A stretch of 12,815 nt of DNA from Candidatus Muiribacteriota bacterium (GTDB lineage: Bacteria; Muiribacteriota; Muiribacteriia; Muiribacteriales; Muiribacteriaceae). The stretch spans positions 1 to 12,815 of the forward strand of contig JBNJGP010000076.1 in NCBI GenBank assembly GCA_051747805.1. The letters are read 5' to 3'. The translations under genes were made by a program, and so were the position numbers. The notes under the pieces were generated by a model, which made no database searches, was not told the origin of the DNA, and saw only the letters and a program-made list of their open reading frames with translations. Of this stretch, positions 1 to 8,435 are shown piece after piece; position 1 is the stretch's first letter, and every line of letters begins with the position of its first letter.

Positions 1-3000
1 GTTTGAGTCAGATAAACCAACAAATTTACTGCCTGAATTAGTTTCAAAAAAGGTAATATAAGAAGAATCTATCCCGGCGTCAATATTAATATAAGGTTCT
101 GCGGGATCCCAGTCATCTTCAGCTGCATTTATTCTATGTCTTATAACCTCTGTTCCGTCGTTTGTAAGAGAAAATAAGTATCCACGGTCTTCAGGATAAA
201 ATGAAGTGTCATAGGTGTTTCCTGAAAAACCATCTGCAGGGTTTACAAAGTCGTTGTTACCATTAATATCATATACTTTTGTTCTATTTAAACCTGAGTC
301 AACAGCAAATATAAAATCATCTATTCCATGAAGGTCAACTCCTGCAATATAATCTGTATCCAGGTCATTCCCACTCCCAACCATTGAAGGGACATTTCCT
401 GCAATCTCGGAAATATAAACATTGCCACCGGCAGAAATAATTACCTTGCCGCCTGAAATAGACGAGGCAAAAACACCACGATCGGGATTCATAGGGTCAA
501 CATTAAGAAGGGCTGACTCCCCTATGTAATCAATTTTGTTTTTGGTGTTGATTGTTTCAATATTTTCAGATGGTGCAGAGTCACCATCTGGCTCGGTGTA
601 CTGATTATGGGCTGTAACTTTTATATCATACGCTGTGGCAGGGTCTAATCCAGAAAAATCGTAATATGTTTCTACCATATTTTCTTCAACTAAGCTTCCA
701 TCTATATATAAATTATAAAAGTCTGCGTTTTCACCATCCCAGTAAACTTTGAATTTATTAGCAAAAATATTTTCAAAATTTCTGATACTGACTGTCGGCA
801 AATCTCCCAGCGAGGCAGTTATTGAGGAACTTTCAGCAGAAGCTGTTTCGGTTTCGTTATGGGCGATAATTTTGAGTGTGTAATGTTCAAGCCGTGGCTC
901 CGGAGGTACAACTTCTTTATAAGTTGTGTTGCTGTCAAGCTCTATATTATCCTCATCCCAGTCAATTTCCCATTTAGCTGGACGTGAAGTGAGTGATTCT
1001 TCATTTTTCCAGGATAGATGGAAAGATGTGGCGGTTTCTACAACTTCAAAGTTTGATGGTGGAAGTGGTATATAATCAGTTTTTAGTGAGAAGAAATCAT
1101 GATTTTGTGAATTTTCATCCTCCTTAGAAGTATGAGGGTTTTGGGCAATTATTTTAAATTCATATTCTCTATCAGGCTGCATGGGTTTTGGAGAAAAACC
1201 CTCTTCGCACCAGCTGTTGAGAGTTGTTTTTATTTCATCAGTATCATCAGGAAAGCCGGTAATTATTTCTACAGGCTCGCCAAAGTTTCCCTCGTCTTTT
1301 AACTTTGCATAAATTTCAAAAGTATCTGTATAAATATTATTTCCTTCGGGGTAAATTTCCCATAAAATTGTTATTTCGTCTGTTCCGTATTGAGGGTTGT
1401 CATTTATATCTTTAAAATAACCGGTAATTTCAAAAGAAGCGGGCTCATCATAAGTTGTTGAAAATTCTGGGGCTAGATTTGCACTGTATTGGGATTCGTC
1501 TAGATTATTTGAAGCTTTAACTTTTATTGTATATTCTGTGCCGGGTTCTAAACCTGTTAATGTATAATAAGTATTACTTATTTTTTTTCTATTAAATTTA
1601 TCATCAACCGTAAGCAGATAATAATCTGCCCTCTCAACAGAATCCCATTTCAAGTAAATTTTATTTACGAATGGAGTAGTTTCATCCTCATCAAAACCAG
1701 GTGAATTTAAACCTGCGGCATAAATTTTGGAAGGGTTACCGCTTTCATCTATTCTGTTTCTCGCGCTGACTTTAATTTCTTCGTTGATTACCGGAGTAGT
1801 ATTCCAGGAGTCAAGTTCTAAGGAAGTTGAAGTTGTTTCAATTTCCTCAGGTGTATGTCCGGTAGCTTCAATAACATAGTCAAGAGCATATTGAACGGAG
1901 TTCCAGCCTATACGGACAAAATTATTTCCAAGGTCTACTACTTTTAATCCAGAAGGTTCTGCAGGAACAGGTGGGTTCGTTCTAAGCGCTTCTTTTTCTG
2001 ACCTGTCAGATTCAAGATTATCATTGTTTACTGCAGAAACTTCAACAGTGTATCTAGTATCCATTGAAAGCTCTGATAATTGTAATGTATTTTCGATGGT
2101 GTTGAATGTTGTTTCAGTATTGTTTTGATTTAAAAATACATTATAATAAGCAATATCTGTAATTTCTTCCCAGTCAAGAACAAAGGAATTTTTTGTAATA
2201 TCTGTTATATTAAGATTTACAGGTGCTGGAGGGGTGTCAGAGGTTTCAACTTGAATTTGATTTTCATCTGAAATATCCGGGTTTTCATTTCCGTCAAATC
2301 TTGAAAAAACTGTTATTGTATAAGTTTGACCTGGTTCAAGATTTGGAGTTGTATCCTCTTCATTTACAGCCAAAACTGTCTCTTCAGTAATTTGTTCAAG
2401 TATTTCACCATGAGTATTATGTTCGCATAAAATTCTGTAGTTTTGGGTTCCAGCCGGTTTATTCCAGCTTATCTGGAAAAAATTCCTGCTTCTTGTATCC
2501 AGTTTCAGGTTTGTTACAGAGTCTGGTATATCTGTGGTAGAAGCTGTTACTTCTAGAGCAGGACTTACTCCAACTGAGTTAATACCCTCGATTGTAATAT
2601 CATAAGAAGTATCTGTTTCTAAGTCCTGAATTAATATTGTTGGAAAAGTTGATATTAATGTTGTATTTGAGGAGGGGCTTCCTGTTTTGTTATATTCAAT
2701 TCTGTACTGAGAGGCATAGGGGAAATCGTTCCATTCGACCTGCAGACTCTCTGGATGCTGTTCTATAGTAACCACGTCATCTTCTGGAAGGTCAGGAGGA
2801 ACTTCTTCAACATTAGCTGTGCAAATAATAAAATCATCGGATAAATCTGAATCACCATAATCATTAACTGCTTTTAGATTTATTTTATAAGTTTCTTCCT
2901 GCGAGAGATTACTTAAAATAAAGTCATTATTTAATGATGATGAATAAAAGGAGTTATCAACATATACTCTGTAACTATCGGCAGTTTCAACATCATCCCA

Positions 3001-4053
3001 TCCAAACTCAAAAGAAGAAACAGTAACTTCAAGGGTGGTAATATTTTCAGGAATAGCTGGTACATTTCTGGTTAATATTGTATTGATTTCTGAAAGAGAA
3101 GACGTGCCAAAAGTGTTTCTTGCTCGCAGGCCGACCTCGTAGGAAGTTCCTGGATTAAGATTGCTTATAACTGCCATATTTGAAGTTGTAGAAAAACTTT
3201 CCTGAATATTTTGCCCTAAATTAGTATATTCAATAATATATTCTGAAGCCTCTGTAACAGACTGCCATGTGATTCTGAAGGAAGAATCTGAAATATTTGA
3301 AATAACAATATCCTCAGGAACATCTGGTGCAGAGCCGGTTGAAAAAGAAATTAGACTAGAGATTTCACTTGTGCCATATCCGTTTATTGCAATAACACCT
3401 ATTTCATATTCGGTGGAGCCCTCAAGATTAATTATTTCATAAGTACCACCTTTGAAAAAATAAAAAATCTCATCAGTGTCCTCAGATAGAGAATATGGAG
3501 AATCGTTGATAAGCAGTTTATATTTTGCAGTATTAGGGTTTGACTTAAAATTAATCTGGGCTTGGGTTAATGAGGAGCTTATAAATTCAGGCGAATCTGG
3601 TTTTTTAGGAGGTTCAGACTGATTCATTGTATTGAATTTAATATGTAGATTATTATTAGATTGTGTGCCGTTTTGCGTTACAGAAAATATTGATATTTTG
3701 TAAGTTGTGTTTTTATTAAGTTCTTTGAGAGTATAGTTTATTTTTATTTCATCAGTTCCTTGCGCTGCATAAGAAAAATCATCTTTTGTTAAAGTTTTGT
3801 AAAGATTATCGTTAATGTAAATTTTATATTTTAAATTAAACTCTTTTTGTTCAGATTGTAATGGCTGAGTCCATGAAATTTCGGCAGTTTGTGTAAATAT
3901 ATTAATTATATGACCGTTAACTGGTGTTGGAGGCGGTTCTTCAACAGAGGCCCTGGGTAACACAAAATCTGCCCCGCTGCCACCACAACCAAGAATTATT
4001 AAAAAAATAACTATAAAAGCAATGCTGCCAGTTATAATATATTTATCTCTCAT
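1..4053 (-). CDS. Large surface lipoprotein with ~12 FN3 repeats and a C-terminal NHL-like beta-propeller region (3'-partial, runs off the window)
   Basis: Manual translation from ATG at 4053 (GGGGAG SD upstream): MRDKYIITGSIAFIVIFLIILG-C-GGSG, lipobox Cys23 at 3985-3987. Repeated FN3 signatures such as SNLNPGTSYEVGLRA, LEPGQTYTITV, TGLEPGTEYTIKVKASN and SGLDPATAYDIKVTAHN. Near the window edge, FIFAVDSGLNRTKVYD resembles an NHL repeat. No stop in any segment translated by hand, and the absence of a closed ORF in the track agrees with an open frame to position 1. Confidence 0.92.
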   Translation of the reverse strand, partial: MRDKYIITGSIAFIVIFLIILGCGGSGADFVLPRASVEEPPPTPVNGHIINIFTQTAEISWTQPLQSEQKEFNLKYKIYINDNLYKTLTKDDFSYAAQGTDEIKINYTLKELNKNTTYKISIFSVTQNGTQSNNNLHIKFNTMNQSEPPKKPDSPEFISSSLTQAQINFKSNPNTAKYKLLINDSPYSLSEDTDEIFYFFKGGTYEIINLEGSTEYEIGVIAINGYGTSEISSLISFSTGSAPDVPEDIVISNISDSSFRITWQSVTEASEYIIEYTNLGQNIQESFSTTSNMAVISNLNPGTSYEVGLRARNTFGTSSLSEINTILTRNVPAIPENITTLEVTVSSFEFGWDDVETADSYRVYVDNSFYSSSLNNDFILSNLSQEETYKINLKAVNDYGDSDLSDDFIICTANVEEVPPDLPEDDVVTIEQHPESLQVEWNDFPYASQYRIEYNKTGSPSSNTTLISTFPTILIQDLETDTSYDITIEGINSVGVSPALEVTASTTDIPDSVTNLKLDTRSRNFFQISWNKPAGTQNYRILCEHNTHGEILEQITEETVLAVNEEDTTPNLEPGQTYTITVFSRFDGNENPDISDENQIQVETSDTPPAPVNLNITDITKNSFVLDWEEITDIAYYNVFLNQNNTETTFNTIENTLQLSELSMDTRYTVEVSAVNNDNLESDRSEKEALRTNPPVPAEPSGLKVVDLGNNFVRIGWNSVQYALDYVIEATGHTPEEIETTSTSLELDSWNTTPVINEEIKVSARNRIDESGNPSKIYAAGLNSPGFDEDETTPFVNKIYLKWDSVERADYYLLTVDDKFNRKKISNTYYTLTGLEPGTEYTIKVKASNNLDESQYSANLAPEFSTTYDEPASFEITGYFKDINDNPQYGTDEITILWEIYPEGNNIYTDTFEIYAKLKDEGNFGEPVEIITGFPDDTDEIKTTLNSWCEEGFSPKPMQPDREYEFKIIAQNPHTSKEDENSQNHDFFSLKTDYIPLPPSNFEVVETATSFHLSWKNEESLTSRPAKWEIDWDEDNIELDSNTTYKEVVPPEPRLEHYTLKIIAHNETETASAESSSITASLGDLPTVSIRNFENIFANKFKVYWDGENADFYNLYIDGSLVEENMVETYYDFSGLDPATAYDIKVTAHNQYTEPDGDSAPSENIETINTKNKIDYIGESALLNVDPMNPDRGVFASSISGGKVIISAGGNVYISEIAGNVPSMVGSGNDLDTDYIAGVDLHGIDDFIFAVDSGLNRTKVYDINGNNDFVNPADGFSGNTYDTSFYPEDRGYLFSLTNDGTEVIRHRINAAEDDWDPAEPYINIDAGIDSSYITFFETNSGSKFVGLSDSN
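541..3945 (-). repeat. About 12 tandem, diverged FN3 protein repeats (~95 aa each)
   Basis: L-x-P/x-x-T-x-Y-x-I/V-x-V-x-A-x-N type motifs recur near 3710, 3410, 3140, 2890, 2605, 2320, 2050, 1775 (degenerate), 1530, 1165, 880 and 630. Repeats are recognisable in protein, not as DNA identity. Boundaries are approximate. Confidence 0.8.
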
Positions 4054-4058
4054 ATGAA

Positions 4059-4064
4059 CTCCCC
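4059..4064 (-). promoter_or_regulatory. Shine-Dalgarno (GGGGAG) of the FN3 lipoprotein gene
   Basis: Plus-strand ctcccc at 4059-4064, 5 nt from the ATG at 4053. Confidence 0.8.
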
Positions 4065-4092
4065 AATAAATTAATTTTTTAATTTATAGACT

Positions 4093-4120
4093 ATATCGGA
4101 ATTCTTTAATAAATATTTGA
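4093..4120 (-). promoter_or_regulatory. Putative sigma-28 (FliA/SigD/WhiG-type) promoter for the FN3 lipoprotein
   Basis: Minus strand reads TCAA-N16-TCCGATAT, against the consensus TAAA-N15/16-GCCGATA(A/T). Confidence 0.55.
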
Positions 4121-4145
4121 AATTTTACATAAATTTTGTTTTAAT
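4117..4145 (+). promoter_or_regulatory. Possible sigma-70-type promoter for the plus-strand operon
   Basis: TTGAAA (4117-4122)-N17-TTTAAT (4140-4145) with TG at 4137-4138. The -10 lacks the conserved second A and the region is very AT-rich, so support is weak. Confidence 0.3.
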
Positions 4146-4153
4146 AAATTATT

Positions 4154-5035
4154 ATGAAAAAAAAAATAACGCTAACTTTAATTATAATTATAATTTTTTT
4201 ATCTATAATTTTATTATATCAAAAAAAAAATAATATGTCACGTGAGGTGAATTCTTTAGAAAAAAAAGAATTTGTAGATAACAGCTATAAACTTCTCAGA
4301 ATGCCTTATGCCAGCCCGTTGAAAATTTTTGAAGAAAATCATTCTTTAATAAATTTTTTATCTGCTTTTTTTGATAATGAGTTTAAATTGCTGGTTCCAA
4401 ATGATTATGACGATATTTCAAGAATTATTAAAGAAGGTAAAGCCCATATAATATGGCCTGCTACAGGTTATTTTTTAAGTAATCTTGAACTTTTTAAAGA
4501 TTATAAAATAATGTTCAGGCCAGTTTTACATGGCCAGGATAGATACAGAGGCGCGGTGATTGTTCGAAAAGACAGTAACTTAAATGATTTCAACCAGTTA
4601 GAAAATAAAACGTTTGGATTTACTGATATTAATTCGGCAAGCGGTTACAGATTGCCTTCCGGGTATATTCGTAATAACTATGGTGTAAATCCCTATGAAT
4701 ATTTTAAGGACGTGAAATTTCTGGGCACTCATCAGGAAGTTGTTTTAAGCGTTTTTTATGGTGAAATCAAAGCTGGAGCCGTTTTTGAAGATGCTCCGGA
4801 TATTTTTTTAGAAAAAAATCAGAGAGATGAAATTAGTATAATTGAATATACAGGGTATATAATGAATGAACCTGTGCTTATAAAAAAAACACTTGCTGAC
4901 GAACTTGATGCAGTTAAAATTAATAAACTGATAAAAGAATTTCCCGAAGAGGTCTGTGATGACCTTGGTATTGATGGAATTGCCGAGGCCCGGTTAAAAG
5001 AATATAATCAAATGATAGAGTATTTCAAGGAGTAA
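4154..5035 (+). CDS. PhnD-family (phosphonate/phosphate/phosphite) substrate-binding protein with N-terminal membrane anchor or signal
   Basis: Hydrophobic N-terminus. Family motifs YRGAVIVRKDS, LENKTFGFTDINSASGYRLP (STSG-type loop) and GTHQEVVLSVFYGEIKAGAV (conserved His). Confidence 0.85.
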   Translation: MKKKITLTLIIIIIFLSIILLYQKKNNMSREVNSLEKKEFVDNSYKLLRMPYASPLKIFEENHSLINFLSAFFDNEFKLLVPNDYDDISRIIKEGKAHIIWPATGYFLSNLELFKDYKIMFRPVLHGQDRYRGAVIVRKDSNLNDFNQLENKTFGFTDINSASGYRLPSGYIRNNYGVNPYEYFKDVKFLGTHQEVVLSVFYGEIKAGAVFEDAPDIFLEKNQRDEISIIEYTGYIMNEPVLIKKTLADELDAVKINKLIKEFPEEVCDDLGIDGIAEARLKEYNQMIEYFKE

Positions 5036-5039
5036 AAAA

Positions 5040-6716
5040 ATGGGGATTAAATTAAAAATTTTTATTTATACATTTTCAGTAATCATTATAATTGCCACTT
5101 CTCTTGGATATTATAATTTTTCATATCAGAAAGATGTTTTTTTTGAACAGAAAACAGAGGATATCAAGTTCTTTATTGAAGGTTTTTCTATTCCAGTTAA
5201 AGAGGCCCTTATTTCAAGTGATTATTCAAGAGTTAACAATATTGTAAATAATTTAAATTTTAATATTCCGGTTAATTATATAAGTGTATATGATGCTAAC
5301 GGGGTGTGTATAGGTTCAAATAATCCGCAGGATTTAAATCAGACAACTGTTTCCAGTCCTGTTGTTCAGGTTTTCCGGGATAATAAAGGAGTTAGTGCGG
5401 TAAACAACAAAGAAATTATTATTGTTGAGCCAATGATGGCCAGGAATGTTTTATACGGAGTACTGGAAATAAGAATCCCGGTTTCTGTTTTAGATGAACT
5501 TACATTAGAATTTATGAAAAAAACTGTTGTGTTTGTTTTATTTGCTCTTATTATTGGTTTTTTTGCCAGTTATTTTCTGGCAAACAGTATTTCAAAAAAT
5601 GTTTATAAAATTATAAATGCCTCTAAAGGTCTTGCCAGTGGGGATTTTTCACATTCAATTAAAATTAATTCTTCGGATGAGTTTGGTTATCTTGCCTCAA
5701 TTTACAATAAAATGATTTTTAATATGAAAATTATGTTTAACGTTATTAAGAAAATAAATTTCTCAACTCCAACTGAAGAACTTATGGAAGTTATTATGGA
5801 CAATATTATAATGGCCTTGAATGTTGAAAGAGTTTCAATTCTTACATATGATGAGGAGAACGAGGAATTAAAACTTAACAATGTAAGAGGGCTTGGAGAT
5901 GAAATTATTGATATAGTTTCACTTAAACCTGGTGAGGGAGTTGCCGGTAAAGTTTTTGAATCAGGTATTCCGATGATTTTAAATCGAGGTTTTTTATCTG
6001 AAAAATTCAAAAAATTTGATAATACTTTATGGCGTGATGAAAAAATAGAAAATATTATGTGTATGCCAATAAAAGCTGATAAAGAAATAGTTGGTGTTAT
6101 AAATGTTGTTAATAAAAAAAATAAAAACGGTTTTGATGAATTTGACCTTAAACTTCTTCAAGCCCTTGTAGAACATATTTCAACTGCTATTTCAAGGACT
6201 TCTCTTTATAATGAAACAATAACAGATGGTTTAACTGGGCTTTATATTAAAAAATATTTTTATTCCAGACTTGAAGAAGAGGGTTACAGGGCTAAAAGAT
6301 ATGGACAGTCTCTTTCTCTTTTGCTTATTGATATTGATGATTTTGAGAAGTTAAACACAAAGCTTGGTACGCTTGACTGTGATGTTATATTAATGCATTT
6401 TGGTAGAATTATAAAAAATAATATCAGACTCAATGTTGATATTCCCGCAAGATTAGAAAGTGATGAGTTTGCACTTATTCTGCCTGAAACAGATTATAAA
6501 AAGGCTACTTTTTTTGCGGACAGATTAAGAGAAAAAATTGAAGTGTTTGATTTTCCAACCGAAAGCGGTCAGAAGGGAAAATTAACTGTATCAATAGGGG
6601 TTGCTGAATTTGATTCAAATCAGGATCTGGCAAAACTGATAAAAAACGTGGATGAAGCCCTTAAAATATCAAAAACTAAAGGTAAAAACAGGGTAACACT
6701 TTATGAAAAGCTCTAG
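5040..6716 (+). CDS. Membrane sensor: TM-extracytoplasmic (Cache-like)-TM-HAMP-GAF-degenerate GGDEF
   Basis: Two TM helices. HAMP (LASGDFSHSIKINSSDEFGYLASIYNKM), GAF (GEGVAGKVFESG...IMCMPIK...IVGVINVVNKK..GFDEFDLKLL) and GGDEF fold (TDGLTGLY, LLIDIDDF, ARLESDEF, LTVSIGVA, SKTKGKNRV). SD AAGGAG at 5027-5032. Confidence 0.9.
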   Translation: MGIKLKIFIYTFSVIIIIATSLGYYNFSYQKDVFFEQKTEDIKFFIEGFSIPVKEALISSDYSRVNNIVNNLNFNIPVNYISVYDANGVCIGSNNPQDLNQTTVSSPVVQVFRDNKGVSAVNNKEIIIVEPMMARNVLYGVLEIRIPVSVLDELTLEFMKKTVVFVLFALIIGFFASYFLANSISKNVYKIINASKGLASGDFSHSIKINSSDEFGYLASIYNKMIFNMKIMFNVIKKINFSTPTEELMEVIMDNIIMALNVERVSILTYDEENEELKLNNVRGLGDEIIDIVSLKPGEGVAGKVFESGIPMILNRGFLSEKFKKFDNTLWRDEKIENIMCMPIKADKEIVGVINVVNKKNKNGFDEFDLKLLQALVEHISTAISRTSLYNETITDGLTGLYIKKYFYSRLEEEGYRAKRYGQSLSLLLIDIDDFEKLNTKLGTLDCDVILMHFGRIIKNNIRLNVDIPARLESDEFALILPETDYKKATFFADRLREKIEVFDFPTESGQKGKLTVSIGVAEFDSNQDLAKLIKNVDEALKISKTKGKNRVTLYEKL

Positions 6717-8430
6717 AACCGTTTCTGTAAAGGTTCTAATTAAAAATGAATTCTTAAAAAAACATAATATATTTTTGTTTAAGGTAGCCTTAAGTCCTGA
6801 AAATAACTGGTCCTGTAAAGAAGATTCAGAGTGGTTTTACTTTAAAGAAGCAAAAGATATAAATGTGTATTTTAGCATCAAGTTTAAAAGGTTTAAAATT
6901 ATTTTAGACGCCTATACCTCTACTTCCTGTCATATTAATCTGATTGATAAAAAAATAAGGAATAATGATAATTTAATAAAAATCAATTTCCAGGATTTTT
7001 ATTCCATTAATTTTACAGAGCTCAAAAAAATTAGAGGTTGTTCTTGTTTATGGCACTCACCGGTAATCAGGGCAGATGGTAGTATGACTGTATGTTGTAA
7101 TGATAACAATTTTGAACTTGCTCTTGGAAATATTAATGAAAATGACTTTAATAAAATCTGGTTTGAGGATGAAAAAATAAAAAAATATAGATATTTCCAT
7201 TTAAACGGTGATTATTGGAGAATGCCTTTATGTGCCTTATGTATTAATATAAAGTCTATACCTCTCTGCAATGAACTTGTTAAAGAATATTCTCCAGGGG
7301 ATTTTCAGCTTAAAGGGATTCAAAAATTTTATAAAAGTAGAATAGAAAACAAAAAGATAATTTCAAATCTTTTAATTGAACCAACAGATAAGTGTAATTT
7401 GAATTGCTTTTTCTGTAATCAGAAGTATGACGACTGGCAGAAAGTTCATGGATGCAAAAAAGGTTTTATGAATTATAATAAATTTGTTGAATTTTTTAAA
7501 AAATATATAAGTAGAGATTATTTTTTTAAAAATATTTCACTCTTCTGGCTTGGCGAACCTCTTATGCATCCTGAAATTAATAAATTTTTTTCTTTTTTTA
7601 AAAAAACAAACAAATATTTTCAGAGTCTGGAAATACATACCAATGCTTCTTTGATTAATGATGAATTTATTGAATTTCTGGAAAAGGCCGATTTTTATTT
7701 AAAAATTCATTATTCAGTTGATTCAGCTGATAAAGATACATATAAAACAATTAAGGGTAAAAATCTTTATGATAAAGTTGTTTCAAATATTAAGAAGACA
7801 ATAAAAAAAACAGAAAATAATCATTTTATTCAACATGTGATTCAGTTTGTAGTTTTAAAGGAAAATTATAAGTCAGCCTCTCTTTTTAAAAAAAAATGGC
7901 AGGATTTTTTTGAAAAAGAGGGGGTAGAATATCAGATAACTACCTTTTTTGATTTTAAAAGAAAGCATATTATTTATTTCCGGGCACTTGATGCGTTGAA
8001 TAAAAAAAAACAGGAAGAGGCTGATTCACTTTTTTATAATATAAGAAATAATATTTCACATAAAGGTAACGATGGATTTATTGATTATAATAAAGACAGG
8101 GTTGATTTTAAAATTAATAATTACTGTTTTATGCCTTTTGAATTTATAACTATCAGACATGATGGAGTGATTTCTCACTGCTGTCGTGCTACTGATATGA
8201 AGGATGCTGAATTTAATATTTTTGAAAAAAGCCCGGAACAATTTGAAATTTATATAAAAAAATTTTTTCAAAGATTTTTAAACAGAACTTTGGCTTCCTG
8301 CAGGGAATGTGTTGAAGGTAATTCTCTTAATATGCATAGAATTTATGTTGAGGACGCCTTGTATTTTATGAACTCTTTTAATATTGATTCATGTAAACTG
8401 CTTGAGAGCTTAAATCTTGAAAAGGATTGA
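6703..8430 (+). CDS. Radical SAM protein with SPASM/twitch domains both N- and C-terminal to the core
   Basis: CxxxCxxC (C231-NLN-C235-FF-C238), WLGEP, HTNA and SVDS core motifs. Twitch-like CSCLWHSPVIRADGSMTVCC...LGNI...IW...CALC upstream and CFMPFEFITIRHDGVISHCC...CREC downstream. Overlaps the upstream gene by 14 nt. Confidence 0.88.
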   Translation: MKSSRTVSVKVLIKNEFLKKHNIFLFKVALSPENNWSCKEDSEWFYFKEAKDINVYFSIKFKRFKIILDAYTSTSCHINLIDKKIRNNDNLIKINFQDFYSINFTELKKIRGCSCLWHSPVIRADGSMTVCCNDNNFELALGNINENDFNKIWFEDEKIKKYRYFHLNGDYWRMPLCALCINIKSIPLCNELVKEYSPGDFQLKGIQKFYKSRIENKKIISNLLIEPTDKCNLNCFFCNQKYDDWQKVHGCKKGFMNYNKFVEFFKKYISRDYFFKNISLFWLGEPLMHPEINKFFSFFKKTNKYFQSLEIHTNASLINDEFIEFLEKADFYLKIHYSVDSADKDTYKTIKGKNLYDKVVSNIKKTIKKTENNHFIQHVIQFVVLKENYKSASLFKKKWQDFFEKEGVEYQITTFFDFKRKHIIYFRALDALNKKKQEEADSLFYNIRNNISHKGNDGFIDYNKDRVDFKINNYCFMPFEFITIRHDGVISHCCRATDMKDAEFNIFEKSPEQFEIYIKKFFQRFLNRTLASCRECVEGNSLNMHRIYVEDALYFMNSFNIDSCKLLESLNLEKD

Positions 8431-8435
8431 TTAAC

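Noticed and set aside
4154..5035. Phosphonate ABC transport operon (phnCDE) and the symbol phnD
   Set aside because: No ATPase or permease nearby; only family membership is supported.
5702..6010. 102-aa minus-strand ORF
   Set aside because: Antisense shadow of the HAMP/GAF region with no recognisable motifs.
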